Below, piece by piece: positions 63,630-64,000 of a DNA stretch of 64,000 nt. The DNA is taken from assembly GCA_965215945.1 (NCBI GenBank), contig CBDCFC010000018.1:61740-125739 (forward strand). Reading direction: 5' to 3'. A program made the translations under genes and the position numbers. The notes under the pieces are model-generated. The model worked only from the letters and a program-made list of their open reading frames with translations. It was not told the origin of the DNA and made no database searches. The stretch is from Arenicellales bacterium (GTDB lineage: Bacteria > Pseudomonadota > Gammaproteobacteria > Arenicellales > JAHEKD01). Positions within the stretch are counted from its first letter, which is position 1. Every line of letters begins with the position of its first letter.

Positions 63630-64000
63630 AAAAAATCAACAAGATAGTGACAATTACTAAAGTTATCCATCCGATTATATCAATAACTTTATGTAATTGC
63701 TCGCCATATCTTGGTCCAAACCACTTTCCTAATGCAGCGACCAGGAAGAATCTACCACCTCGCCCAATCACAGAAGCGACCACAAATGGTATAAAAGCCA
63801 TACTTAGCACACCAGCGGTTATGGTGAAAATTTTATAAGGAATGGGTGTGAACCCGGCAATAAAAACGATCCAGATACCATATTGATCAAACAGGCCTTT
63901 GACGTGTTCAAATTTTTCCTGGGCATGGTAAAAGTTAATGATGTCTTCACCAATAAAAGTAAATAAATATTTACCGATCAGATAACCAAGCACCCCCCCA
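63613..64000 (-). CDS. yqaA: YqaA/DedA family membrane protein (partial)
   Basis: LGYLIG, AGFTPIPYKIFTITAG and GRGGRFFLVA; located upstream of nlpD as usual. Confidence 0.85.
   Translation of the reverse strand, partial: GGVLGYLIGKYLFTFIGEDIINFYHAQEKFEHVKGLFDQYGIWIVFIAGFTPIPYKIFTITAGVLSMAFIPFVVASVIGRGGRFFLVAALGKWFGPRYGEQLHKVIDIIGWITLVIVTILLIFYATYK

Overview
This is a 64 kb window of an AT-rich bacterial chromosome, gammaproteobacterial by gene content (gsp operon, nlpD-yqaA, soxR). Housekeeping DNA flanks a roughly 32 kb accessory island at about 15.2-47.6 kb. The left backbone holds a partial long acidic membrane-anchored protein and an OmpA-family lipoprotein. It also has a SoxR-type promoter driving an EamA / EutB-like dehydratase / cyclodeaminase-like / PLP gamma-lyase operon, plus argE with an EutA-like gene, two tandem small secreted paralogues sharing a C-terminal DNGDCPEGVLC tail, and a bactofilin. 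The island starts with a Tn7-like tnsA-tnsB-tnsC-tniQ module with no cas genes, a divergent MerR-like HTH gene behind a perfect 28-bp palindrome, and an orphan Phd antitoxin. Next come a 1204-aa unknown multidomain protein with PLAT-like and OmpA-like parts, an IS66 element with a passenger ORF, and a Tn3 res-resolvase remnant. These are followed by an amino-DNA methyltransferase with a truncated GHKL ATPase and a four-gene DISARM-like defence operon (DrmE-like, DrmA, DrmB, DrmC) with no 5mC methylase. The island ends with a Tn3-family transposon carrying three cargo genes. The right backbone holds a type II secretion operon (gspD-M, no gspC), fcl, hom, nlpD and yqaA. About ten genes, including housekeeping ones, carry 1-bp frameshifts, which suggests long-read consensus errors, so pseudogene calls are tentative. 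No rRNA, tRNA or CRISPR array was recognised. All product calls come from reading motifs by eye; no database search was run.
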